The notes below the pieces were generated by a model. It saw nothing but the letters and a program-made list of their open reading frames with translations. It had not been told where the DNA came from and did not search any database. Positions 24,898 through 37,099 of a DNA stretch of 64,000 nucleotides are shown here, piece after piece. Origin of the DNA: Isurus oxyrinchus (lineage: Eukaryota); the NCBI GenBank assembly GCA_026770705.1, contig JANJGN010000009.1, positions 122,636,001 through 122,700,000 on the forward strand, read 5' to 3'. Position 1 is the stretch's first letter. Each line of letters opens with the position of its first letter. The translations under genes were made by a program, and so were the position numbers.

Positions 24898-26979
24898 TCT
24901 GAGGGACAAGAGGGGTGTTAATTTAAGCAGCACTAATTTCTACTCTCATCACACATCTGTAAACAGAAAGGTATTTTTGATTTGCTTCCCCCTTTATAAG
25001 CAGTGGTATATTTCCCAACCCATCAATTTTGGTGTGATCCAATTTTCTATTAATAACCCCACAGCAAACTCAAGATAGGATGAACTCAAAGGGTAAGTTT
25101 ATTTTCACACATTCAAAGATTAGGAGGGAGTGTCATAATGTTGAGTCCTTTGCATTCATACAATAAAAGAGGAATAGAAAAAAGGAAGATTTACAGTGCA
25201 GAGACCGCAGAAGAAAGAATAGGTGCTTCACATGGGTTCTAGAGTCCAGAATCAAAGTCCAATGAGGTATTCCTTCACAGAGCTCAGCTCAGTTGAAAAC
25301 TGATGCTGTATAATTCACTTTTCCGGTGGACTTGACTTCACACAGTGAGATAGACACACAGAGATGAATCATTGTAGGCGATGGTACAGAAGCCCCAGTA
25401 GAAATAGTGTAGATGGGGCCAGGTATTCAAACCTGAGCAACAGCTGCTTTTCTGTGAAGCTATTTGTAAGGTGGTAAACAGCAGACTGAGCTTGCAGTTC
25501 CATAAGTCAACCTTATTGGTTTCACAAACTAGATGTCCATGTCACATGACTCACACCTCTCCACATTGTCTTTGACAAGGGATGTGTATCTCTCATGTTA
25601 TGAGACTAAGATCTCACCCTCTATATTTTTATGAAATATATATATCATCATGGCTAATTTCCAATATTTTAAAACAGGACAATGATCATTTAAAATGATT
25701 GAAGCCATTGCCTGCTTGTGATCCTAAACAAAAGAGCTGTCGGGCGTGTCATAGAGACTTGCACTTCATTCTCTCTGAAGAGAAACTAATGACACTTGTG
25801 GACTGCAGAGACCAAATTCAAAGAGAATTATACATAAGCCATTTACATTTCATAAGCCTAACCTGGCCAGCCAAAGCTGAGTCATCTGCTAGGATAAAGG
25901 AACCTGCAGCCTTCCTTTCAAATTCTTAATGGTTGGGATGTTAACCATCTCGGGAACCCAAACAAACCCATTGTCAAAGCCAGAGTGGGGAGGTGGGGGT
26001 CATGTGACTTAACCCTCACCAGCTGGGAGAACCAGATATGCTGTTTTGTTGTACTGCATATCAATTTGCCATCTTCCATCCGCCAAGCAGCAGCACAGAA
26101 GAGGGGCTCTGTCGAGGTTTGAATGCCTGACCCCTCATCCATACTGTTTCTACTGGTACTTCTAAACTTCTATACTATCGCATACTAAATTAATTCATCT
26201 CTGCATGCCTATCTCATTGTGAAAGTCAACTCTATAGAAAAAGTGAATTATCCAGCATCAGTTCAGCCTGCAGACCTCTGCACAGGAATTCACCACTGGA
26301 TTTCGATTCTGTGCCCTGGACTCACGTAAAACAATAATTCTATTGTATGAATGCACAGGGTGGGGCTATGTAGCCACATCCCATCCCGCATTTTGAGTGT
26401 GTGTGAATAAACTAACCCTCTAAGCTATTTTGAATTGCTGTGGGGTTATTACTAGAAATTTGATTACACCAAAACTGAGGGGTTGGGAAATATGCTGCCA
26501 CTTAAAAAATGGGAAATCAAAATCAAAATACCATTCTGTTTAAGACAAGTAGTGAGAGGAGACATCATGGCCGTTTAAATGAAACCCCCTCCTGTCCGTA
26601 ACACTTGTCTGGGTGCCTGGGATTGTTAAATGTCCCAACCATTAAGAATTGAAAGGAAGGCTGCGGGGCCCTTTGTCTTAGTTGAGGAGTAGACTCCAGT
26701 TGGCCAACCTGAGTTATAAAATGTAGATGACCTTTGTATAGCTCTGTTTGAATTTGGTCTTTTCAACCAACAGAGGGGTCATTAGTTTCTCTTCAGAGAC
26801 AACGAGGTGCAAGTTTCTTTGATGCTACTAGGTAGCTCTTTTTGTTTAAGGGTCACAGTCAGACATGGATTCAGCCATTTTAAAAGGTCTTTGTCCAATA
26901 TTAAATTTTTAAAAATAGTCATGATGATATCTATATATTTTATAAAAATATACGGGGGTAAGATCTTAGTCCCCTCACA
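24898..26979 (-). mobile_element. Solo LTR (about 1.07 kb), interrupted by a related LTR
   Basis: Perfect 4-bp TSD ATAC (24894-24897 and 26980-26983). Both halves are reverse-complement homologues of 25596-26603. AATAAA on the minus strand at 25098-25103. Confidence 0.85.
25596..26603 (+). mobile_element. Solo LTR (1008 bp) nested in opposite orientation
   Basis: TGTTA...TAACA ends and AATAAA near 26406. Flanks CTCA/CTTG are explicable as a CTCG TSD with CpG decay. Confidence 0.85.
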
Positions 26980-27009
26980 ATACAATGGTCAGAAAAGCCC
27001 TTACAAAAA

Positions 27010-27275
27010 AAAGCAAGTTGCATCTGTACAGACAGAAGGAGATATAAGGGCAGGTGATCAAAAGCTTGGTCAGAGGTAGGTTTAAGCAGCATTTTAAAAG
27101 GGAAGAAAGAGGCAGGGAGATTTGGGAAGAGAATTCCACAGGTTAGGGTTTAGGCAGCTAAAGGCATGGCTACCAATGAAGGAGAGATAAAAATTGTGAA
27201 TGTGCAAGAGGCCAAAACTGGAGGAGCACAGAGGTCTCAGGGAGTTGTAGGACTGGAAGATGTTACAGAAATTGG
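27010..27275 (-). mobile_element. L2 3' fragment
   Basis: Homologous to 7760-7995. Confidence 0.7.
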
Positions 27276-27359
27276 TACAATGATAATATCACAACTCATA
27301 ATTATTTACATCTAATATATCCCAAGTGACATCTGTTCTGACATCTAATTCTTGATCTA

Positions 27360-27880
27360 AGCTGTGTCAGCTTTATTCAGATGGTAGTACCTGACCTCTT
27401 AGTAAGAAAGTTGTGGGTTCAAGCTCCAGTACTTGATTGCATAATCTAGACTGACACTCCAAAGTGAATGGCAAATGGTCAAGTGTTGCCCTCCAGATGA
27501 GAGGCTAAAAAGGGCACAGACCTTTGTTCTGGTAATTCCTTGTGAATCTTGACTTGAATTTATGTAGTGCTTATCACATCTGCGAGAGAGAGTTTAGCGC
27601 ACTTCACAAAAATTGCTTTTAAAGTGTTTAATGACTGTTGTTATGTAGTGAATGAAAGAGTCAATTTACACATGGGGCCCCACAAAGAACATTAAGAGAT
27701 GGTTATTGAAGGATGAAGCCTGATTAGGACCTTTACCTGAACAGACAGACATTGCCTCAGTTAAATATTTCACCTGAAGAATGGCACATCTGACAATGCA
27801 GCATTCCATTCGTATTACACTGAACCTATCTGGATTATGTGCTGAAGGACTAGATTAGGCTTGAACCGACAGTCTTCTGA
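27360..27880. mobile_element. Two degenerate Deu-type SINE fragments in opposite orientations
   Basis: 27360-27520 (+) and 27560-27880 (-) resemble 50520-50940 and 13870-14290. Confidence 0.5.
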
Positions 27881-30506
27881 ACCCAAAACCAACTGTAGCA
27901 AAAGTATCTCCAACTGCACTGTAGATCTAGGTCATGAGGCATGTTTCAAAGAAAAATCTGACAATTTTCACCCTCAAGCAACATGAAAACTGATTAATTA
28001 ACCATTATCTGATTACTAATTATGAGATATTGCTATGTATAGGATGGCTGTCAATAAAAATGTCTACATAACAGTAAGATGTTTCTTAGAGAACTGATAA
28101 AAGGTCTATATCAGTTAAGGTTTCTCATTTTCATTTTTGTAATTAAATATTCTCACAATATGTGGTCAGAGTGCCCATGCTACATTTAACAATAATTAAA
28201 TCAGCTTAAACAGAGAAGTCAGTTCTTGATTGATGCTAAGAGCAATAAAACATAACTCTATAGTTGAAGGTGATTTTCCAATTTCAGGTGGCATGACCAA
28301 GATGTTTGAACTGTGCCCACTAATCCTACTCTCATCTGAAGCTTAAAACAAGTTTCTCTTTCCAATGTACCCCACATCATACTGTCCCATGAGGCCTGGG
28401 CACATCATTCTGGATTTTCAGTAGTAACTCGATGAATGGAATTTCATTCTTATTTTTAACTCTCCTTATCTCAGCTGTGCTGGCAGGAGGAAACACCAGA
28501 GGATCAGTCATGATATCGTCCATCACCACATATCCACCAAGACTAGCACAGGGAAGGAAGGCAGGGTTAAAGGGGGAATCCAACTCTACTTTTCTCACAC
28601 AAAAGGACCAGCTCAGAGAAACAAGACCTTTTCGGCACATTTGATCCTATCCTTTCAGAGTACCGGCCTCACTGACAGAGACCAAGGGCACAATGGACCC
28701 AGATTTGCACTAAGTGCAGTAGCGGGTTGTTGGGGGAGTAATGGACATTTTACCCACCGGCCACAATGGCACAATATCGCCCCATTCCCGCCTCATTAAT
28801 TATGCATTCCCTGGAAACACGCCGGATCACTGGTGAGGCGGCCTCTGATTCGCCCACCCCGCCATCACCTCAGGCCTTCAGTAAACTGGGTGTCATATTT
28901 AAAGGCTGCCCTGCAAAGAGCTAGCACTCTTCAAGGGATGGGGAGCTGCTGGGAGGAAACATGCTGCCCCAGATTTAGCGGCACCTCCCTCGAGCACCTA
29001 CAGGGCACAGTGGAGGCCCACCGAGATGTTCTCTACCCCCACTCTAGGTAAAGACCAGCAAGCAAGATCACCAATCCAGCATGGGACGCAGTGGCAGCGG
29101 TGGTCAGCACCAACGCCCTACAAAAGGCAACAGCCATCCAGTGCAGGAAGAGGATGAATGGTCTCATCCATTCCACCAGGGTAAATCACTCATCTCATCA
29201 CTCTCAATTCACACACTCACAAACCCAACACACATCCACAGGGATCTCACACCTCAAGGGACAACACCACTAACTCTCACACACACCCTCACATCTCCAT
29301 CAGGCTGATAGTCTCTGGAGTTTGTGTCCTCATCCCATCCATGTCTCCACTCACCACACAAATATTTCACACGGTGCCATGTGAAACTGCTCATGCTCTC
29401 TCCATCTGTTTTCATGTAGGGGAAACTGGATGACAACAGAAGGGAGAGGGCCCAGACCGGGGCTGGAGTGGCCCACTTTAGGCCCCTCACTCACTTTGAG
29501 GAATGTGCCATTGTGCCAAATAGTGAGGCTGTGGACCATGCCTGCAGCGATGGTGAGGTTGGCAATGAGCTCACACATGAATACCCTGCACAACATCACC
29601 CCTCTCAATGCAACTGTGAGTGCTCTCCCTCCTGCTTTTGACTCTGCTCCTTGCACTAATTATCTCTACTTTGGTTCACAGGGAGCTCTGACAAGCGACT
29701 GATACCGTCAGCCAGCCAGTCCCTCAGCTCCACCCAGGTCCTCACCTCCAGCCAAGAGGACACCTCCTCCAATGAAGAGCTGGAAGTAAGCAGCCTAGGA
29801 GACCCATCGCAACGCTTCCCCACACCCTCTACCAACGCAGAGATACATACCTCAGTGGGACCTAGATCTAGAGCAGGCTCGGGTTCACAATCTGGTGGTC
29901 ACCGCATGGGCACGTGTCCACAGCAGGAGGAGGCAGCGTCAGCCGACCTCCCTCACACTCAGAGGACTGATGGGGAAGAGACATCTATGAGGTCTGAGTC
30001 AGATGATGAGCCTCTGCATTTGGCCATCCAACTCATCGTGGAGAGTCAGCAGAAGGCCAGGGAACATCACACAGAGCTGCTAGAAGCCACCACAGAGTGA
30101 CGTGTGAGTCAGAGGAGTGCGCCTGTCTGTTTTATGATGCAGTGGCGCCCACGTGTGTGCATATGGAGGTCTCCATGGGAATGATAGCAGATGCCATAGA
30201 GACCCTGGTCCAGCAGAATGCAGAGATGCGCGCAGACCTGCACTCCATCACGGTAGCCATGGGTGAGTTCCTGCAGTGCCAACACGAGAGGGAAATGGGG
30301 CACCTCAATATCCGTCCCCGTGCTCCTTCCCCTCAAGGAGTCATGCTGGGGCCCTCGGGCACCCGAAGCGAGGAGGACTGGCAGCTGGACACCACAGGGC
30401 CATCCACTCAGTAATCTCAGAGGTTGTCCACTCCCTTGACTATCCTTTACCTGTGATCGCCTCAGCTTTGTCCCCTGTCACTGCAGCAGGAGCAGCTGGC
30501 CCAGAA

Positions 30507-33500
30507 ACCATAAGACCATAAGACATAGGAGCAGAAATTAGGCCATTCGGCCCATCAGGTCTGCTCCGCCATTCAATCACGGCTGATAAGTTTCTCAACC
30601 CCATTCTCCTGCCTTCTCCCCATAACCTTTGATCCCCTTACCAATCAAGAACCTATCTATCTCGGTCTTAAATACACTCAATGACTGGCCTCCACAGCCT
30701 TCTGTGGTAATGAATTCCATGGATTAACCACTCTCTAGCTAAAGAAGTTTCTCCTCATCTCTGTTCTAAGAGGTCTTCCCTTTACTCTGAGGCTGTGCCT
30801 TCGGGTCCTAGTCTCTCCTACTAATGGAAACATCTTCCCCACGTCCATTCTATCCAGGCTTTTCAGTATTCTGTAAGTTTCAATCAGATCCCCCTCATCC
30901 TTCTAAACTCCATTGAGTATAAACCCAGAGTCCTCAAACGTTCCTCATATGTTAAGCCTTTCATTCCTAGAATCATTCTCGTGAACCTCCTCTGGACCCT
31001 CTCCAGGGCCAGCACATCCTTCCTGAGATACGGGACCCAAAATTGCTCATAATATTCTAAATGTGGTCTGACCAGAGCCTTATAAAGCCTCAGCAGCACA
31101 TCCCTGCTTTTATATTCTAGTCCTCTTGAAATAAATGCCAACATTGCATTTGCCTTCCTAACTACTGACTCAACCTGCAAGTTAACCTTAAAAGAATCCT
31201 GGACTAGGACTCCCAAGTCCCTTTGCATGCCAGATCTCTGAATTCTCTCCCCAATTAGAAAATAGTCTATGCCTCTATTCTTCCTACCAAAGTGCATGAC
31301 CTCACACTTCCCCACATTGTATTCCATCTGCCACTTCTTGGCCCATTCTACTAACCTGTCCAAATCCTTCTGCAGCCTCCCCGCCTCCTCAATACTATCT
31401 GTCCCTCCATCTATCTTTGTATTATCTGCAAACTTAGCCAGGATGCCCTCAGTTCCTTCATCTAGATCATTAATGTATAAAGTGAAAAGTTGTGGCCCCA
31501 ACGCTGACCCCTGCGGAACTCCACTAGTCACCAGCCGCCATCCTGAGAAGGACGCCCTTATCCCCACTCTCTGCCTCCTGCCAGACAGCCAGTCTTCTAT
31601 CCATGCTACTATCTTGCCTCTAACACCATGGGCTCTTATCTTACTGAGCAGCCTCCTGTGCAGCACCTTGTCAAAGGCCTTCTGGAAGTCCAAGTAGATA
31701 ACATCCATTGGCTCTCCTTTCTCTAACCTACTCGTTACCTCCTCAAACAATTCTAAAAGAGTTGTCAGGCACGACCTCCCCTTGATGAAACCATGCTGAC
31801 TTTGCCCGATTTTACCTTGCACTTCCAAGTATTCTGAAATCTCATCCTTAATATTGGGCTCTAAAATCTTACCAACGACGGAGGTCAGGCTAATCGGCCT
31901 GTAATTTCCCGACTTTTGCCTCACTCCCTTCTTAAACAGGGGGGTTACATTAGCGATTTTCCAGTCCTCTGGGACCCTCCCTGACTCCAGTGATTCCTGA
32001 AAGATCACCACTAACGCCTCCACTATCTCTTCAGCTATCTCCTTCAGAACTCTGGGGTGTAATCTATCTGGTCCAGGTGATTTATCCACCTTCAGACCTT
32101 TCAGTTTTCCTAGCACCTTTTCCTTCTCCTTAGTCCACCATACTCACCTCTGCCCCCGACTCTCTTGAACTTTGGAGATGTCACTCGTGTCTTCCACCGT
32201 GAAGACTGACGCAAAGTACCTACTCAGTTCCTCCGCCATTTCTTTGTTCCCCACTACTACTTCTCCAGCGTCATTTTCCAGTGGCCCAATGTCCACTTTT
32301 GCCTCTCTCTTACCCTTTATATATCTAAAAAAAACTCTTGCAATCTTCTTTTATATTACTGGCTGATTTACCCTCATATTTAATCTTCTCCCTCCTTATT
32401 TCTTTTTTAGTTGTCCTCTGTTGGTCTTTGTAGGCTTCTCAATCCCTTGGTTTCCCACAGCTCATCGCCACATTGTATGCTTTCTCTTTAGCTTTTATGC
32501 TGTCCCTGACTTCCCTTGTCAGCCATGGTTGCCTCGTCCTCCCTTTAGTATGCTTCTTCCTAGGGATGAGTTTTTGCTGTGTCTCCCAAATTACTCCCAG
32601 AAACTCCTGCCATTGTTGTTCCACTGTCTTTCCTGCTAGGCTCATCTCCCAGTCAATTCTGGCCAGCTCCTCCCTCATGCCTCTGTAGTTGCCTTTATTC
32701 AACTGTAATACTGTTACATCTGATTCCAGCTTTTTCCTCTCAAATTGCAGGGTAAATTCTATCATATTATGGTCACTTCCTTCTAAGAGTTCCTTCACCT
32801 TAAGCTCCCTTATCAAATCTGCCTCATTACACATCACTAAATCTAGAATTGCCTGTTCCCTAGTGGGCTCCACCACAAGCTGCTCCAAAAAGCCATCTCG
32901 TAGACACTCCACAAATTCCTTTTCTTGGGATCCACTACCAACCTGATTTTCCCAGTCTACCTGCATATTGAAATCCCCCATGATCACTGTAACCTTGCAT
33001 TTCTTACACACCTTTTCTATCTCCTGGTGTATCTTGTGCCGAACACCTGACTACTGTTCGGAGGCCTGTACATAACTTCCATAATGGTTTTTGAACCTTT
33101 GCAGTTGCTCAACTACCCACACAGATTCTATATCATCTGACCCTACATCATTTCTTGCTATCGATTTAATTTCATTTCTTACTAACAAAGCAACCCCTCT
33201 GCCAGTCTGCCTATCTTTTCGCTAGGATGTATACCCTTGGATATTTAGCTCCCAGTCCTGATCCCCTTGCAGCCATGTCTCCATGATGCCCACCACATCT
33301 TACCTGCCAATTTCAATCTGCGCCACAAGCTGATTGACCTTATTTTGTACAGTGTGTGCATTCAGATACAACACCTTCAGTCCTGTATTTCCCATCCCCT
33401 TTCTCATTGTCATCCCTTTATCTGATGTGCTTGAAGCTAGATTCCTAGCCCTTTCCAAACACTCTGTCTTATTTTGTGTTCTAGAGACTTTAATAGCCTC

Positions 33501-34960
33501 TCCTGGGCTCTCCTTTCTTTTCAGTTTTTTCATAATTTTCCATGAAGTTGAATTCACTCCCCCACATGCTAACCTGCTGCTTTGTTTCCCATTAGTCATA
33601 CTTCTTGGGGTTTTACCCTTCCCTCCCCCCCCCACTTTTTAGTTTAAAGTCCTGTTGACCACCCTATTTACCCTTTTCGCTAGAACGTTGGTCCCAGATT
33701 GGTTCAGGTGAAGACCGTCCCAACTGTACAGATCCCTCCTGTTCCGATACTGATGCCAGTGCCCCATGAAACGGAACCCCTCTTTCCCGTACCACTCCTT
33801 TAGCTACATGTTTACTTCCCTTATTCTCGCGGCCCTGTGCCAATTTGCACGGGTAGTAATCCGGAGATTATAACCCTTGAGGACCTGTTCTTTTAGTTCC
33901 TACTTCCTGATAATCCCCAAACAGGTCCTCTTTCCTAGTCTTACCTATGTTATTTGTCCCGACGTGGACAACAACAACTGGATCCTCCCCCTCCCTCTCC
34001 AATATCCTTTCAAGCCGGTCAGAGATGTCCCTCACCCTGGCACCGGGCAGGCAACATACCATGCAGGACTCTCGATCCTGCTTACAAAGGAAGCTATCAA
34101 TTCCCCTAATTATAGAATCCCCTACAACTACCACTTGTCTTTTTGCTCCCCCCTCTTGAATGGCCTCCTGTGCCATGGTGCCGTTGTCAGCTGGCTCATC
34201 CACCCTACAGCCCTGTTCCTCATCCAAACAGGGAGCAAGTACCTCGTACCTGTTGGACAAGGTCAAGAGCTGAGGGTCCTCTGTTCCTGAACACAGGATC
34301 CCTCTACTTGCCTCACTTGCAGTCACACCCTGCTGACCCTGACCACTGACCAGACTTGAGGTACTTAATCTACCAGGTGTGACCGCCTCCTGATACAAAG
34401 CGTCCAGGTAACTCTCCCCCTCCTAGATGTGCCGCAGTGTCTGGAGCTCAGACTCCAGCTCATCAATTCTGAGCCGGAGTTCCTCCAGCAACCAACACTT
34501 GCTGCAGATGTGGTCACTGCGGCTTGCAATGGGATCAGCCAGCTCCCACATCATACAGCTACAGCACATCACCTGCCCAGCCATCTCTACTTAGATAATT
34601 AATTTATTAATTAGCTTTGCAGTGTTTTTTTTCATATTTGGTGCAGATTTCCTACCAACCAATCAGGTCACAGCTTTCCTGTGACGTCACTTTGTCAGTT
34701 TTGGCTTCAGTTATTCTGTGCCCTGAGGTCACTGCTCCGATGCTCCTCCTCCGAGTCTGCTCCCTGGAGACAAGGCCACGAATCCCCGAGGTAAGCTAGA
34801 TTTATACTCAGTGCTCCAGTGCTCCTCCCTCCGAGTCTGCTCCCAGGATTTACTCACCAATCAGCTGCTTTTTCTTTAAAATCCACTTTCAGAAGTGTCC
34901 CTCGCAGTTCTGGTGCACTCCTGAAGGCACTGCCTCTTCCTCTCTTTTTTTTTTAGGTTT
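30507..34960 (-). mobile_element. Near-full-length young CR1 LINE
   Basis: ORF1 starts at the ATG at 34584 (Cys/His zinc-finger MCCSCMMWE..HICSKC, coiled coil, SGNH esterase VVGDSI..HVGTNN). APE domain near 33400-32700. RT 410-aa ORF at 30884-32116. 3' (CTTATGGT)n tail. A few stops and frameshifts; RT motif reads FADN instead of FADD. Confidence 0.95.
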
Positions 34961-35029
34961 GAGGAGGCGGGAGGGATAGAAACACTACAGCAATGTAATG
35001 TTTGGGGCTATTCCGTTCTTTGACAGTGG

Positions 35030-35240
35030 ATCCTCCTCAATTCCCTCCTGAGTCACGGTAGCTGCGATGACTTCTCCCAGAATTCTTCAGTCACTTCTCA
35101 CCAGCGCCCTCTGTTGGATGCCCTTCCTCCTGTTGAGTACAAGAGTCTTCTCCTTGATTCCCTCCTGAGTTGCAGTGGCTGCGATGACTTCTCCCAGAAT
35201 GCTTCAGTCAATTCTCACCAGCGCCCTCTGTTGGATGGCA
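35030..35240. repeat. Two-copy direct repeat, about 118-bp period
   Basis: attccctcctgagt..gctgcgatgacttctcccagaat..cttcagtca.ttctcaccagcgccctctgttggatg occurs at about 35040 and about 35158. Confidence 0.85.
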
Positions 35241-35999
35241 GGAGGGCAGCCAAAGCAAGCCAGGGCCCTCAAGGCCTTGGCTCTCCAGAGGATACACGCC
35301 AAAGTCATTAGAAGCAACAGGGCCAACCATTGCACAGGCTGTCTCCACCCCTGTTGCAGATGTCAGGGCAGCATCTAGAAAAAATGGTAAGCCTAGAAAA
35401 GTTAAGCATTTCTGATCACAAAGTGGTTACACGGGTGAACATATTTTGTCACTTTATAATCTGAAAATATATTCACTTTCACTGAATAATGTGTAATGCT
35501 AGCTCTCAGCTTCATTGACAGGCTTCGCGAATCCTCTTCCTGCACCTCCCCACTGGCAGCTCAGTTGCACACAGCCGGACAATGTGAGATTCTGGAGGGA
35601 GAAGTGTGTGTGTGTGTATGGCAGGGCCTTTCGGAGCCTCGTGCAAACATTCTCCCACACAATCAGGTCCTTCTTCTATCACACTCATCTCAATAGCCTG
35701 AGCATTTTCAGTGCTGCCTGCTGGGGTTCACTTTCAGTTGTCTATCTGAGCTGACCTGCATTTCTACCCACCCACTGACCACACTGCCAAGCAGCACCTG
35801 TGACCTTCCAACACGAGGCTCCGCTCACTTTCGGCTTTAGAATCATGGTGGTTGTTAAGTATTTCTTCAGATCCCCAGTCCTTTCCCCTCCCCAAGTCAC
35901 CCATGTCCTTTCCGCCATCAGCTTTGACCCCGCCCCCAGCATCACCTTCCGCCTCCCCATTGTCACCTACCGACCAGAACTCTTTTCTTTCTGGGATGT

Positions 36000-36680
36000 C
36001 CTGGTGAATGCATACGTTCCTTGTCTTCCCGAGCATCCCGTCCCCAACCACATTGACCTCCCCGAGCTCCTCCTTCCCACCCCCAGGGTCCGTGTCTGGC
36101 TCCAAGTCCCCACCAACCACCCTACTTCTACTACTGCTACTGTTGCCCACCCACCCTACAGCTCACTCTGCCCTCTCTCATACACACAACTCTCTCCTAC
36201 TACATCCACCCTCATTTCGTTCCCCAGGAGGCAGTTATCGACTCCCGAGACCCATTCCTTGCATGCTCACCTGGGCATTCCCCCACCCCACCTTACTCCT
36301 TCCTCCACATTTACTCCATCCTCCTCCTTGGACTTCTTCCTCCCCCTCGACTCCTTGCCCCCTACCAGGCTCCTTCCCTCCTCCAAACTCCCCCATCCCC
36401 CAAACTCCTTCCTCCCTCTGAACTACTTCTCTTACACCTCCCTCCCCCTTACACCTACCTCCTCAGTTGCTGCATTCTCACCTATTACACCCTCCTCCCC
36501 GTACTGTCTTCCCCTCCCAATCTCACTGCCCCCCGACACCATCGCTCCCCTCTTCCCTACCTTAGCCCCCTGACACCATCATTTGCCCCCTTCCAACCTC
36601 ACCCCCAATCACCACCTCTCCCAGTGTACCTTACTCTCCCACTCACAACTGGACCTTCCTCTCCACCACCTCAATGATCA
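36000..36680. repeat. C/T-rich low-complexity tract within the Harbinger relic
   Basis: Strong pyrimidine skew on the + strand. Confidence 0.7.
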
Positions 36681-37099
36681 TCCATAGCAGACCATGGCTA
36701 TGACACTGATGCCCCGGAACAGACCCCAGACATCAACAGAAGGAGACATTTCACCTTCTATGAGCTGCTTTGCGGCAGAGCTAAGTCCATTAGATTCCAC
36801 CCAGCATGCAAGGCACATGTTCCTCCAGGTTCCGGTAGCTGTAGGGTGGTGGGATGGAGGCTGATCCGGTGCCCTTTAAATATGATGCCTGGACCTTCGA
36901 CCCCATGAGGTAAAGGCAGGAGGGTGACTTCCTGACCATCCTTGCCACAAGATTCATCATGCTCCTCACGATACATTAGAAATGAGCTGATCACCATAAG
37001 ATTGTGCATGGTCAGCTGCCCCGCACCACCCAGCAGAAAACACTCCGACTTCCACTCCCACTCCCGAACTTAGACTTCAAAACAGAAGGTTCCGGTCAT

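Larger units (their letters stand above)
28695..37097 (+). mobile_element. Degenerate PIF/Harbinger transposon (Myb/SANT-like gene on +), interrupted by CR1
   Basis: 28960-29180 encodes PRFSGTSLEHL..WDAVAAVVS..IQCRKRMNGL (Myb/SANT-like) with an in-frame stop. Further exon-like pieces run to 30500 and resume near 35250. Termini are degenerate and boundaries approximate. Confidence 0.7.

Noticed and set aside
35800-36573. 257-aa Pro/Ser/Leu-rich ORF
   Set aside because: A by-product of a C/T-rich low-complexity tract inside a transposon relic; no domain is recognisable.
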